NCBI GenBank assembly: GCA_963734545.1
Contig: CAVTHO010000007.1
Location: forward strand, 768,001 to 832,000
Direction of reading: 5' to 3'
Length of the DNA stretch: 64,000 nt
Source: an uncultured Spirochaetota bacterium
Lineage (GTDB): Bacteria > Spirochaetota > Spirochaetia > SZUA-6 > Fen-1364
The stretch's first letter is position 1. Each line of letters begins with the position of its first letter. Positions 20,128 to 29,143 of the stretch are shown here, one piece after another. Position numbers and translations under genes: made by a program. Below the pieces are notes generated by a model. The model searched no databases, was not told the origin of the DNA, and worked only from the letters and a program-made list of their open reading frames with translations.

Positions 20128-20472
20128 TTATGCGCCGGCAGAATCCGCGGGCTGCCGCGATGCGGAATCCGCCGAGTACGTCGATGCAGAATCCGCGGGC
20201 TGCCGCGATGCGGAATCCGCCGAGTACGTCGATGCGGATTTGCGATTCAGCAGCTGCTTCACAGTGTTCGACGGAGTGGCCCCTCGCGCGAGCCAGTCTT
20301 TCACCTTTGCCGCGTCCACGGAGAGCTGCTTCTCCAGTTTCTCGATCGGATGGTAGAGCCCGATCTCCTCCAACACCCGCCCGTCACGCGGGGTGCGTGA
20401 ATCCATCACGACGATGCGATAAAACGGTCGTTTCTTTGTTCCGAATCTCTTCAGCCTGATGCGCACGCTCAC
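20128..20472 (-). CDS. rpsP: 30S ribosomal protein S16 with repeat C-terminal tail
   Basis: VRIRLKRFGTKKRPFYRIVV...GATPSNTV; GTG start with AGGAGG. Confidence 0.97.
   Translation of the reverse strand: MSVRIRLKRFGTKKRPFYRIVVMDSRTPRDGRVLEEIGLYHPIEKLEKQLSVDAAKVKDWLARGATPSNTVKQLLNRKSASTYSADSASRQPADSASTYSADSASRQPADSAGA
20138..20233. repeat. Perfect 48-bp tandem duplication (24-bp sub-period) in the rpsP 3' end
   Basis: GCAGAATCCGCGGGCTGCCGCGATGCGGAATCCGCCGAGTACGTCGAT at 20138 and 20186. Confidence 0.95.
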
Positions 20473-20496
20473 TGGCGTCCTCCTTGTCCTTCTGCT

Positions 20497-20534
20497 GGGC
20501 TCGCTGTGGTACATCCCTGTACCGCTCGCCCTCG
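20497..20534 (-). promoter_or_regulatory. Structured leader element with GGTAC-AGGGAT-GTACC hairpin upstream of rpsP
   Basis: Minus strand CGAGGGCGAGC GGTAC AGGGAT GTACC AC AGCGAGCCC; paralogous copy at 12318-12356. Confidence 0.65.
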
Positions 20535-20575
20535 CCATCCAACTCCGCGGATCGTACCGTCGCCGATCCCTAGGG

Positions 20576-21910
20576 CTATCCCTGGCCGCCGAGCCGCGAC
20601 AGCACCTGGGCCTGATATTTCGTGTTCTTGGACATCTTCTTCATCATGAGACACGTCTTCTCGAATTTTTTCAAGAACCTGTTCACCTCGAACACCGACG
20701 TCCCGCTGCCCCGCGCAATCCGCGTCCGCCGGCGGGGACCGATGATCCGGTAGTTCTTGCGCTCCGTCGGCGTCATGGACAGGATGATCGCCTCCTCCCG
20801 CTTCATCCCCTTTTCATCGATCTTCTCTTCGGCGCCCGTCCCCTTCAGCCCGGGGATCAGCTCCATGATCGACTGCAGGCTCCCCATCTTGCGCATGCGG
20901 CGGTACTGGTCCAGCATGTCCTCCAGCGTGAATGACTCCGCTTCCAGCTTCTCCTGAAGCTTCTCCGCCTCGCCCCGCTCCATGGTTTCCTGGGCTTTCT
21001 CCACCAGGGTGACCACGTCCCCCATCCCGAGGATGCGGGAGGCCATCCGTTCCGGGTGGAACGGCTCGAGACCATCGAGCTTTTCCCCGACGCCGACGAA
21101 CTTGATCGGCTTCCCCGTGATGCTCTTCACGGAGAGAGCGGCGCCGCCGCGGGTGTCCGAGTCGAACTTCGTGAGGATGACCCCGGTGAGGGTCACTTTC
21201 GCGTCGAACTCCCGGGCGATGTCAACCGCGTTCTGACCCGTCATGGCGTCCGCGACCAGGAGCACTTCGTCGGGCTTCGCCCTGTCACGGATGCGCACCA
21301 GCTCCGCCATCAGCGCGTCGTCCGCCTGCAGGCGCCCCGACGTGTCGATGATGACAGTGTTGAACTGCTCCCGCCTCGCGCGGGCAAGAGCTCCTTCGAC
21401 CACGCGCACCGGGTCCTGCGTCGGCTCCCGGTGCACCTCGACGCCGGCCTTCTCCCCGAGAACGGCAAGCTGCTCCACCGCGGCCGGCCGTACAAGATCC
21501 GCGGCAACCAGCAGGATTTTCCTTCCCTGCTCCTTCAGCCGCAGCGCGAGCTTGGCGGCGGTGGTGGTCTTGCCGGAGCCCTGGAGGCCCGCAAGGAGGA
21601 TCACCGACTGCGTGTCCGGCCCTTTCAAGGCCAGACCCTGATTCTCACCACCGAGAAGCGCCACCATCCGGTCGTAGATGATCTTGACGAACTGCTGTCC
21701 CGGGGTCACCGAGCGGAGAACCTTCTCCCCCGTGGCCTCCTCGGTCGCCTGATTCACGAACCTCCGCACCACGCGAAGATTCACGTCCGCCTCGAGAAGG
21801 GCGATCTTGATCTCGTTGATCGCGTCCTGGATGTTCTTCTCGGAAATATGTGCCTTGCCGCCGATCTGCCGTATGAGATCGCCCAGCTTGCTGCTCAGTT
21901 TATCAAGCAT
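20576..21910 (-). CDS. ffh: Signal recognition particle protein
   Basis: ALLEADV, GLQGSGKTT, DTSGR, TKFD and M domain. Confidence 0.98.
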   Translation of the reverse strand: MLDKLSSKLGDLIRQIGGKAHISEKNIQDAINEIKIALLEADVNLRVVRRFVNQATEEATGEKVLRSVTPGQQFVKIIYDRMVALLGGENQGLALKGPDTQSVILLAGLQGSGKTTTAAKLALRLKEQGRKILLVAADLVRPAAVEQLAVLGEKAGVEVHREPTQDPVRVVEGALARARREQFNTVIIDTSGRLQADDALMAELVRIRDRAKPDEVLLVADAMTGQNAVDIAREFDAKVTLTGVILTKFDSDTRGGAALSVKSITGKPIKFVGVGEKLDGLEPFHPERMASRILGMGDVVTLVEKAQETMERGEAEKLQEKLEAESFTLEDMLDQYRRMRKMGSLQSIMELIPGLKGTGAEEKIDEKGMKREEAIILSMTPTERKNYRIIGPRRRTRIARGSGTSVFEVNRFLKKFEKTCLMMKKMSKNTKYQAQVLSRLGGQG

Positions 21911-22018
21911 GCGCGTCCGTTCTTTGTAAGTGTAAGACAGGCAAATATATACCGAGTTAGTTGATCGATGTCAAGGTGACGAGCGTCGGAAACGGGCCTG
22001 CCGCCCGGCAGGAAAGCC

Positions 22019-23509
22019 TCAGCGGACCTCGAAGAAGTGCCGCTCGATGTACAGGAGACGGTCGCGGGCCGGGGCAGCAAACGCGCCCTCAGGGTACCTT
22101 CGCAGGATCTCGAGGTAGAGGTCGCGCGCGCGGGCGATATCACGGTAGCGCGAATCAGCCTCCAGCAGCTGGGCCATCAGGAAGGCTGCCTCGTCCCGCC
22201 ACTTCCCCTCCGGGTAGCGCGCGTTGTACTCCCGCGCCAGATCCAACGCGACACCCGTCTCGCCTTTCTCCTTTTCCATGCGCGTGGCCTGGATGAGCGT
22301 TTCATCCATCCCGGGAGCTTTTACGGCAAGGAACTGCTTCAGGTACGACATGAAGGCCTGCTGGTCCTTCTGGGCTATCGCGATGCGCACCATGCCGAGC
22401 ACGGCGCCCGGCGTGTAGGCCGTCTGAGGAGAGATGTTCTTCTGATAGTACGTGCCCGCCGCGTCGTACGCTCCCGTGCGCATGTAAAGTGAAGCGATCT
22501 GGTCGTTGAGTGCCGGATTTCCGTCCTTGTAGCCCTTGAGCAGCTCGACAATCGCCGCTTCGTTGGCGCCTATGCCGGAAAGCCTTTCTGCAAAAGCGGC
22601 ATCTCCCGGCTCCACCTGTCCCCCGCCGGACTGGTCAGGCCCCTGCTGTTGATTCATGGCGAGGTTGAACTCCTGATCAGAGACGACGTGGACGCGCACC
22701 GTTTCCTTGCTCGACTGGCCGGTCGAATTGTCCTGACGCAGGAAGTCGAGGTCGTATGTGCCGAGCTTCAAAGGCTGGAATGAGAACCAGGTCTTGTTGT
22801 TCCGGTTTTCCTTGCCTTTGAATGACATCCCGTCCCCCTGCGGCGTCTTGTCGGGAAAGCCGAGAAACAGGAATCCGATACCGTCCAGTCCAATCTGCAC
22901 CTCGTCCCCCTGGCGTGCGTAGATTTCCCGCAGCCGCCCGTAGGAGCCGGTGGCGGCCGCTCCCGGCTGGGCGACAGATGCACCGGGGTTCGTCACGGGA
23001 CCCGCGGGGGCTGCCGTTGCAGATGCCGCGGACGGAGATTGCAGCGTGTTCGAAGCCCGTATGGCCGGCTGAGGCGCAGGCTGACTGACGCCGGGAGATG
23101 ATGCAGAGGCCGCGGGTGCGAGCTGCCTCCCGGCAGGGGCAGAGGCTGGAGGCGCCTTCTTGACCACCGGGGCCGAGCTGGCAGCCGGCACCGGCGCGCT
23201 GGGAAGATTCAGAGCATTGATCCTCGGTTCCCGGGAAAGGCGCGGTGCCGCACGCATCAGCGGAATGGACACCTCATAGCCCGGCCCTGCCCCGGCCAGG
23301 GACAGAGCTGCAGCCGCGGCAAGCCGGGCATCCGGAGCAACCGGCGCCAGGTATGGCAGAGCGGGTGCCCCGAGCTCTGAGTCAGCCGGACTTTTCGCGC
23401 GGGAATCGAAGAGCTCAACTGTCTGCACGGCTCGCTTCGCAGCCGTTGCGCAGGAGAGCAGGCAGGCAGCCGCCGCTGCAAGCAGCAGAAAAAGATGTAC
23501 CCTTCGCAT
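22019..23509 (-). CDS. Lipoprotein with Pro/Ala-rich linker and C-terminal TPR repeats
   Basis: Lipobox CLLSC; TPR-like helices (YPEGKWRDEAAF, ARDLYLEILRRYP). Confidence 0.8.
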   Translation of the reverse strand: MRRVHLFLLLAAAAACLLSCATAAKRAVQTVELFDSRAKSPADSELGAPALPYLAPVAPDARLAAAAALSLAGAGPGYEVSIPLMRAAPRLSREPRINALNLPSAPVPAASSAPVVKKAPPASAPAGRQLAPAASASSPGVSQPAPQPAIRASNTLQSPSAASATAAPAGPVTNPGASVAQPGAAATGSYGRLREIYARQGDEVQIGLDGIGFLFLGFPDKTPQGDGMSFKGKENRNNKTWFSFQPLKLGTYDLDFLRQDNSTGQSSKETVRVHVVSDQEFNLAMNQQQGPDQSGGGQVEPGDAAFAERLSGIGANEAAIVELLKGYKDGNPALNDQIASLYMRTGAYDAAGTYYQKNISPQTAYTPGAVLGMVRIAIAQKDQQAFMSYLKQFLAVKAPGMDETLIQATRMEKEKGETGVALDLAREYNARYPEGKWRDEAAFLMAQLLEADSRYRDIARARDLYLEILRRYPEGAFAAPARDRLLYIERHFFEVR

Positions 23510-23567
23510 CGGTTCCCCCCTCCCGAAAAAACCGAAGTGCTTCACCGATCCAGGTCCGAGTATAGCC

Positions 23568-23957
23568 TTATTGAACCTTTTCGAACAGACGCCGCATGTT
23601 CCGGTCGTTTGCAGCTTGAAGGAGGTCGAGGGTTATCTGGCGAGGCGGAATCCAGTACCTGCCGACCATCTCCCCGCTCCATCGCATGGGACGCGGCCGA
23701 AAGGGAACGTAGTGCGGCGTTCTCTCCGGGGACTGCGGCAGCGGCAGCAGGAAATCCTCCGGCGCAAGCGTCAGTTCCTCGGAAGAGAGGGCGGGAGGCT
23801 TCTGCGCCTGCTCGAGCGCCTTGCGCTCGTCCGCCACGAGACGGCGCGTGCGCGCGCCCCCCGAGGAGGAGACCACCGACAGTGTGATGATGAATGCAAG
23901 AACCGATGCCCCGGCGATGAAGAGGATCTCACGCCTGGGCAGCCGAGACTGTTTCAC
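23568..23957 (-). CDS. Single-TM hypothetical protein
   Basis: GTG start overlaps the smc end; N-terminal hydrophobic helix. Confidence 0.7.
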   Translation of the reverse strand: MKQSRLPRREILFIAGASVLAFIITLSVVSSSGGARTRRLVADERKALEQAQKPPALSSEELTLAPEDFLLPLPQSPERTPHYVPFRPRPMRWSGEMVGRYWIPPRQITLDLLQAANDRNMRRLFEKVQ

Positions 23958-26742
23958 CCCTCTCCCTGTTCTCCAGCCTTATGGCCACCAGCTTCGATAC
24001 GCCGGATTCCTCCATCGTCACTCCATACAGCACATCCGCCCCGGCAACAGTGCGCTTGTTGTGCGTGATCACGATGAACTGGGAATTCAGCGAGAACTCC
24101 TTCAACAGATTCGTCAACCGGCCCACGTTCTCTTCGTCCAGCGCCGCGTCGATCTCGTCCAGGAGGCAGAATGGAGACGGCTTGACCATGAAAATCGCGA
24201 ACATGAGAGACACGCCGGTGAGCGAACGTTCACCGCCCGAGAGGAGGTTGATGTTCTCCAGCTTCTTCCCCGGGGGCTGGGCAAAGACCTCTATGCCGGA
24301 CTCGAGCGGCGCCTCGGGGTTCTCCAGGCGGAGCTCCGCCCGGCCGCCGCCGAACAGGCGGCGGAATACGGTGTGGAAGTTCTTCTTGATTTTATTGTAC
24401 GTGTCCAGGAAAAGCTCCATGGATTCCGTCCGTATCTCGGTGGTGACCTTCTTCAGGTCCTCTCGCGCATGGGTAAGATCGGACAGCTGGCCGCTGAGGA
24501 AGTCGAAACGGTCCTTTACCTCTGCGAACTCCTCCGGTGCCATCAGGTTGACCTGGCCGAGCTTCCGCATCTCTTCCCGCAGCTCTCCCAACCGCGGGCG
24601 AAGGTCGCGGTTCGGCTGCAGCTCGGGGATGCGCGTCTCGTATTCGGAGAGGTCTCTGGAAAACCGTTCAGAAAAGCTTGCATGCAGGTCCTTGATCTCC
24701 GTGCGGATCTCCGTGACTTCGATCTGCATCTTCTCGATTTCCGACTGGGCCCTGGCCAGAAGGGTGTTCTTCTGCTTGAGCTCCTCCTCCTGCGAGACGA
24801 GCTCCTTGTTCCTGCTGGATATCTCCCCTTCGAGCCCGGAAAGCTCCGAGCGGGCAGATTTCCCCTGCTCTTCGATCTGGCGGCGCTCGCCTTCCGCAGC
24901 GGCGATTCTTTGCTGGGTCTCCTTCACCCGGGTGCGGATTTCCTGGATCTCCGCCCCGACCTCCTTCAGCAGGGCTTCCTGCTCGCTCCGTTCTCGGCCG
25001 ATCCGTGCGATCTCCTGCTCCAGACCCGACTTCTGAGTCTGCAGCCGCGCGAGATTCACCCGCAGATCCTCCAGCGTCTTCCGGTATTCGTCGATCTTCT
25101 CGCGCAGACCGGAGTTTTCCCCGGCAAGCTGGTCGTTCCTCTGCCGGAGCCGCGCGATGTCAGCCGCCCTCTCCTTGATGCGCTCGTCGATGTCGCGCTT
25201 GCGCGTGATGATGCCCTGGGGAGCGAGGAACTCGTCGAGGAAGGACGGGGCGAAAGTGCGGGACCTCTGGAAGAGCTTCTCGAGGACTTCGAGCCTGTCC
25301 AGGGCTCCCTTCAACACGGCGAGGGTGCTTTGAATGAGCTTGTCGCGCTCGGATCGGGCCAGGTTTTCCACGCCGGCGGCGTCTTCCCACAGCTTCGTCT
25401 TGCCGCCGAGCTGGATGCGCAGGCTTTGGAGGGTCTCTTCGATGGACTCCTCCACCGTCCGGCGCTCGGCGGAGGAATACCCCATTTCCTTCAAACGAGC
25501 GTCGAGCTGGGTGACGATATCCTCGGTGATGGCCCGGAGCTCCACACTGAGCTGTTCAATGGCCTCCTCCTGGGCATGAGCTTTTTCCGCGTTGACGCGG
25601 ATCTCTTCCTCGTTCGTCCGCACCCGGCTGTTGCAGGCTTCTATGTCCGCGGTGAACGCCTTGATGTTTTCTTCGGTCTCTCCGATTCGTGCGCCCAGTT
25701 CCGCGAGTCCCGCCTTCCGCTTTTCCGCCTCGGCGTTCATGTCCTCGAGCTTGCGGCGTATGTTCTTTTCCCGGAGCGTGTCCGCTTCGATGTTCCGCTC
25801 CAGCTCCACGATGCGCTCGGCGTACATGCGCATCTGGCTTTCTCTCGTGGTCTTTTCCATGTCCAGTTGATAGATCTTCTTGTGGGACTCCACGAGCTGG
25901 GATTCCATCGAGTTCACCAGGTCCACCTGCCGGGCGATCGACTCGTTCACCGTGCCGATGGCGCGCGCAATGTCCTGGCGCGTCTTCATTTTTTCTTCGA
26001 GCCTGCCGTCCCTCTTCTTCTTGTCTTCCAGCAGTCCCTTGAGTCTCAGGAGCTGGATTTCCAGCTCGACCTCGAATATCTCTTCCCGGAGCGTGCGGTA
26101 TGTCTCCGCCTTCTCCGCCTGGCCCTTGAGGGAAACATAGCTGCGACGGACCTCCTCCAGAATCGCCTCGACGTGGCGTATGTTGTCCTGCGTCTTCTCG
26201 AGTTTCCGCTCGGCCTCCTGTCCCCGCACGCGGAACCGTGTTATCCCGGCGGCCTCTTCGAAGACATAGCGACGCTCCTCGGGCTTGGTGGAGAGAAGCT
26301 GATCGATCTTGCCCTGTTCCATGATCGAGTAGGCGGACTTTCCGATTCCCGTGTCGAAAAAAAGCTCGCGCACCTCACGGAGCTTCACCGGGTTGTTGTT
26401 GATGAAGTATTCGCTCTCCCCCGAGCGATAGAGTCTGCGCTTGATGGAGACTTCGGGCAGGTCCAGGGGAAGAACCTCGTCCTGGTTGGAGACGAGGAGA
26501 CTCACCTCCGCGACTCCGAGGGCTTTCCGCGTCTCACTGCCCGCGAAAATGACGTCCTGCATGGACTCCGCGCGCAGGGATTTCGACGACTGTTCGCCGA
26601 GGACCCATTTCATCGCGTCCACGACATTGCTTTTTCCGCAGCCGTTGGGGCCAAGGAGGGCGGCAACTCCGTCGGTGAACTCGATCTGGACCTTGTCGGC
26701 AAAGGACTTGAACCCGAAGATCTCGAGAGTCTTTAGAAACAC
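23929..26742 (-). CDS. smc: Chromosome segregation SMC protein, short spirochete type
   Basis: GFKSFAD, GPNGCGKSN (Walker A), LSGGE and LLDEIDAALD; GTG start 26742; ~937 aa. Confidence 0.93.
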   Translation of the reverse strand: MFLKTLEIFGFKSFADKVQIEFTDGVAALLGPNGCGKSNVVDAMKWVLGEQSSKSLRAESMQDVIFAGSETRKALGVAEVSLLVSNQDEVLPLDLPEVSIKRRLYRSGESEYFINNNPVKLREVRELFFDTGIGKSAYSIMEQGKIDQLLSTKPEERRYVFEEAAGITRFRVRGQEAERKLEKTQDNIRHVEAILEEVRRSYVSLKGQAEKAETYRTLREEIFEVELEIQLLRLKGLLEDKKKRDGRLEEKMKTRQDIARAIGTVNESIARQVDLVNSMESQLVESHKKIYQLDMEKTTRESQMRMYAERIVELERNIEADTLREKNIRRKLEDMNAEAEKRKAGLAELGARIGETEENIKAFTADIEACNSRVRTNEEEIRVNAEKAHAQEEAIEQLSVELRAITEDIVTQLDARLKEMGYSSAERRTVEESIEETLQSLRIQLGGKTKLWEDAAGVENLARSERDKLIQSTLAVLKGALDRLEVLEKLFQRSRTFAPSFLDEFLAPQGIITRKRDIDERIKERAADIARLRQRNDQLAGENSGLREKIDEYRKTLEDLRVNLARLQTQKSGLEQEIARIGRERSEQEALLKEVGAEIQEIRTRVKETQQRIAAAEGERRQIEEQGKSARSELSGLEGEISSRNKELVSQEEELKQKNTLLARAQSEIEKMQIEVTEIRTEIKDLHASFSERFSRDLSEYETRIPELQPNRDLRPRLGELREEMRKLGQVNLMAPEEFAEVKDRFDFLSGQLSDLTHAREDLKKVTTEIRTESMELFLDTYNKIKKNFHTVFRRLFGGGRAELRLENPEAPLESGIEVFAQPPGKKLENINLLSGGERSLTGVSLMFAIFMVKPSPFCLLDEIDAALDEENVGRLTNLLKEFSLNSQFIVITHNKRTVAGADVLYGVTMEESGVSKLVAIRLENRERGETVSAAQA

Positions 26743-26879
26743 TTCCGCTCCCAGTCGAAATGCATTATCATGCCTGGAACTTACTGAGGCTGTAGTAAAC
26801 ACCCAAACGTGGGGGTGGTCAAGGCATACGGGTTTTCGGACCCGTGCACGCGGCACCGGGATCGCGCAGGGAGCATGGA

Positions 26880-27472
26880 ATGCGGCCATTGAGAGCCACC
26901 GGAAGGCGGATCGTCTCCGACGGTTTCGTCTGCGGGATCGACGAAGCCGGGAGAGGCCCGATAGCCGGCCCGGTGACCGCCGCGGCGGTGGTCCTGCCGT
27001 CTGATTTCCCGGTCGAAATCCTCGATGACTCGAAGCTTCTCTCCCCGCGCGCAGGCGGGAGGCCGCCGCGGTGATCATGGACAGCGCGGTCTCCTGGGGC
27101 ATCGGCTGGGCGACTCACGAAGAAATCGATGCCCTGAACATCCATCGGGCCACCCTGCTCGCCATGTCGCGCGCCATGGAGGTCATGGCAGTGAAGCCGG
27201 CGCGCATTCTGGTGGACGGGCTCCATTGCCCGCCCTGCAGCGTGCCGGGCGCCGCCATCGTCAAGGGGGATGCGTCGGTGCCCGAGATAATGGCGGCCTC
27301 GATACTGGCCAAGACCGCCCGTGATGCGTGGATGGAGGAGTACGCCCGCCGGGAGCCGGAGTATCGATTCGACAGGCACAAGGGGTATCCCACCGCCGAG
27401 CACCGCAGGATCGTGCTCGAGATAGGGCCTTCCCGGATCCAGCGCCGGACTTTCAGGGTGAGCTGCCCTTGA
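26880..27472 (+). CDS. rnhB: Ribonuclease HII, frameshift near 27050
   Basis: [14 protein letters not shown] and DSKLL in frame 1; EIDALNI, VDG, AASILAK and HKGYPT in frame 2. Start uncertain. Confidence 0.92.
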
Positions 27473-27686
27473 CGACCTTCACCGCCGCGTTGAACGCGTC
27501 CAGAAACGCGGCAAGGTCCTCCTTGAACACGATGACCGATCTGCGCTCGAAGCGGTCTTCTCCGCTCTTCTTGCTCTCCACGATGTCCAGGAAAACATCA
27601 CCCGTGCGATTTTCTTTTACATTGAAGAAATAGGTTCGCTTGGCCGTGTTGGCCTTGGAGGAAAAGATCTCACCCCGCGTCCCCAT
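27453..27686 (-). CDS. PUR-domain nucleic-acid-binding protein (DUF3276/BpuR-like)
   Basis: EIFS...KRTYFFNVKENRTGD.FL.IVESKK....FER.SV.VF.ED. Confidence 0.85.
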   Translation of the reverse strand: MGTRGEIFSSKANTAKRTYFFNVKENRTGDVFLDIVESKKSGEDRFERRSVIVFKEDLAAFLDAFNAAVKVVKGSSP

Positions 27687-27805
27687 GTCGCACCTCCTCA
27701 CTCGATGCGCCGCCTCACGACCGCCTTCGCGCGTTCAGACTATAGCCGGGCCTCATGACGCGCGCAATGACCTCGGGTGAGCCTCACGCACCCGCGCTGC
27801 TCGCC

Positions 27806-27834
27806 TTGACGTTTCGGAGCCCCGCTGGTAAATT
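27806..27834 (+). promoter_or_regulatory. Sigma70 promoter of tRNA-Gly
   Basis: TTGACG-N17-TAAATT. Confidence 0.7.
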
Positions 27835-27846
27835 ACCCTCGCACGC

Positions 27847-27917
27847 GCGCCCGTCGTATAACGGTAATACCCCAGCCTTCCAAGCTGGAGCAGTGGGTTC
27901 GATTCCCATCGGGCGCT
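27847..27917 (+). tRNA. tRNA-Gly(TCC)
   Basis: Acceptor GCGCCCG/CGGGCGC, anticodon arm CCAGC-CTTCCAA-GCTGG, GGTTCGATTCC; CCA not encoded. Confidence 0.96.
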
Positions 27918-27941
27918 GATCGCGGCCGCCTAGCAGGAACA

Positions 27942-28715
27942 ATGGGAATTTTCCGCAGCATCAGAAGAAACCGCATTCTCAAGGAGGGCCTCCTTCCTCC
28001 GGACATCTGGACCTGGCTTGTCCAGGACCATCCGATCCTCGACGGACTCTCCGAGCCGGAGCTTGCCAGGCTCAGAGCGCTGTCCACGCTCTTTCTCCAC
28101 GAGAAGACCTTCGAAGGGGCGGACGGGCTGGAGCTCACCGATTCGATGCGGGAAGTGATCTCCGTCCAGGCCTGCCTGCCCGTGCTCGAGCTCGGGCTCG
28201 AGAAATACGAGGACTGGAAAACCGTCGTCGTGGTCCCGGACGTCTTTATTCAGGAACACACGGAGTTCGATAAGGCGGGAGTGGCCCATGAATGGGATGA
28301 GGACAACAGCGGTGAATCGTGGGACACCGGACCGGTGGTGCTATCCTGGAAGGACGTGGAGGCATCAGGATGGGGCGACGGGTACAACGTCATCATCCAC
28401 GAGGCCGCCCACCGTCTGGATCTTCTTGATGGCGAGGTGAACGGGAGACCCGCCCTGCACGAAGGGATGGATCCCCGGGAATGGCGCGAGGTTTTCTCAA
28501 AGGCCTTTCAGGACCTCAAGAGGCGCGCCGGAAGGAAAAAGCGCGGGCTTCGAATCGACGACTACGCGGTGCAGGACGATGCGGAGTTCTTCGCCGTTAC
28601 CAGTGAATACTTCTTCGAGCAGCCTGATGTCCTGCACGGTGAATACCCCGACGTCTATCGTCTTCTCAGCGCCTGGTACCTGCAGGACCCGTTGTCACGG
28701 AGGAAAGTCGGCTGA
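27942..28715 (+). CDS. MtfA/M90-family zinc peptidase
   Basis: QACLP, GESWDTGPVVLSW, NVIIHEAAH and EFFAVTSEYFFEQP. Confidence 0.92.
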   Translation: MGIFRSIRRNRILKEGLLPPDIWTWLVQDHPILDGLSEPELARLRALSTLFLHEKTFEGADGLELTDSMREVISVQACLPVLELGLEKYEDWKTVVVVPDVFIQEHTEFDKAGVAHEWDEDNSGESWDTGPVVLSWKDVEASGWGDGYNVIIHEAAHRLDLLDGEVNGRPALHEGMDPREWREVFSKAFQDLKRRAGRKKRGLRIDDYAVQDDAEFFAVTSEYFFEQPDVLHGEYPDVYRLLSAWYLQDPLSRRKVG

Positions 28716-28734
28716 ACCCCGCGGGCGCGCAGCT

Positions 28735-28801
28735 CTATTTGCCGCCCGGCCCTATTTGCCGCCCGGCCCTATTTGCCGCCCGGCTCTATTTGCCGCCCGG
28801 C
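28735..28801. repeat. 4x 17-bp tandem repeat CTATTTGCCGCCCGGC(C/T)
   Basis: Units at 28735, 28752, 28769 and 28786; the last unit is the 3' end of the minus-strand gene. Confidence 0.95.
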
Positions 28802-29055
28802 TGTCCGAACCCCAGGTAGCGGCTCGCCATCCCCACAACGACGACTGTCCAGATGACAAATACGACCGCCGTCGGAAGGCGGCTCTGAAACCGCTCCATG
28901 AATCGCCTGTAGACCACGGTCAGAATGAAGACGCTTCCCCCCAGCCAGACCAGGAACGTAAGCGCCCAGCCCCATCCCACCCATTCGAGAAACCACGTCG
29001 ATATCTGGTTCATCATGCTCACGGAGAGTCTAGACGCATGAAGGAGCACGGTCAA
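28786..29055 (-). CDS. Small 2-TM membrane protein
   Basis: Two hydrophobic helices; true start may be MMNQIST (~29016). Confidence 0.6.
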   Translation of the reverse strand: MTVLLHASRLSVSMMNQISTWFLEWVGWGWALTFLVWLGGSVFILTVVYRRFMERFQSRLPTAVVFVIWTVVVVGMASRYLGFGQPGGK

Positions 29056-29143
29056 GGCGACCGGGAGGTTAAGATGATTTAATCAGCCCTTAATCGTACC
29101 ACAACCCGCCATGCGTATTTTTTCCCAGGAGGTAATAGTGAAT

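Noticed and set aside
23821-26736. 971-aa plus-strand ORF, and similar long antisense ORFs opposite glgA, ffh, carA and iorA
   Set aside because: Antisense shadows of well-supported genes in high-GC DNA; no recognisable motifs.
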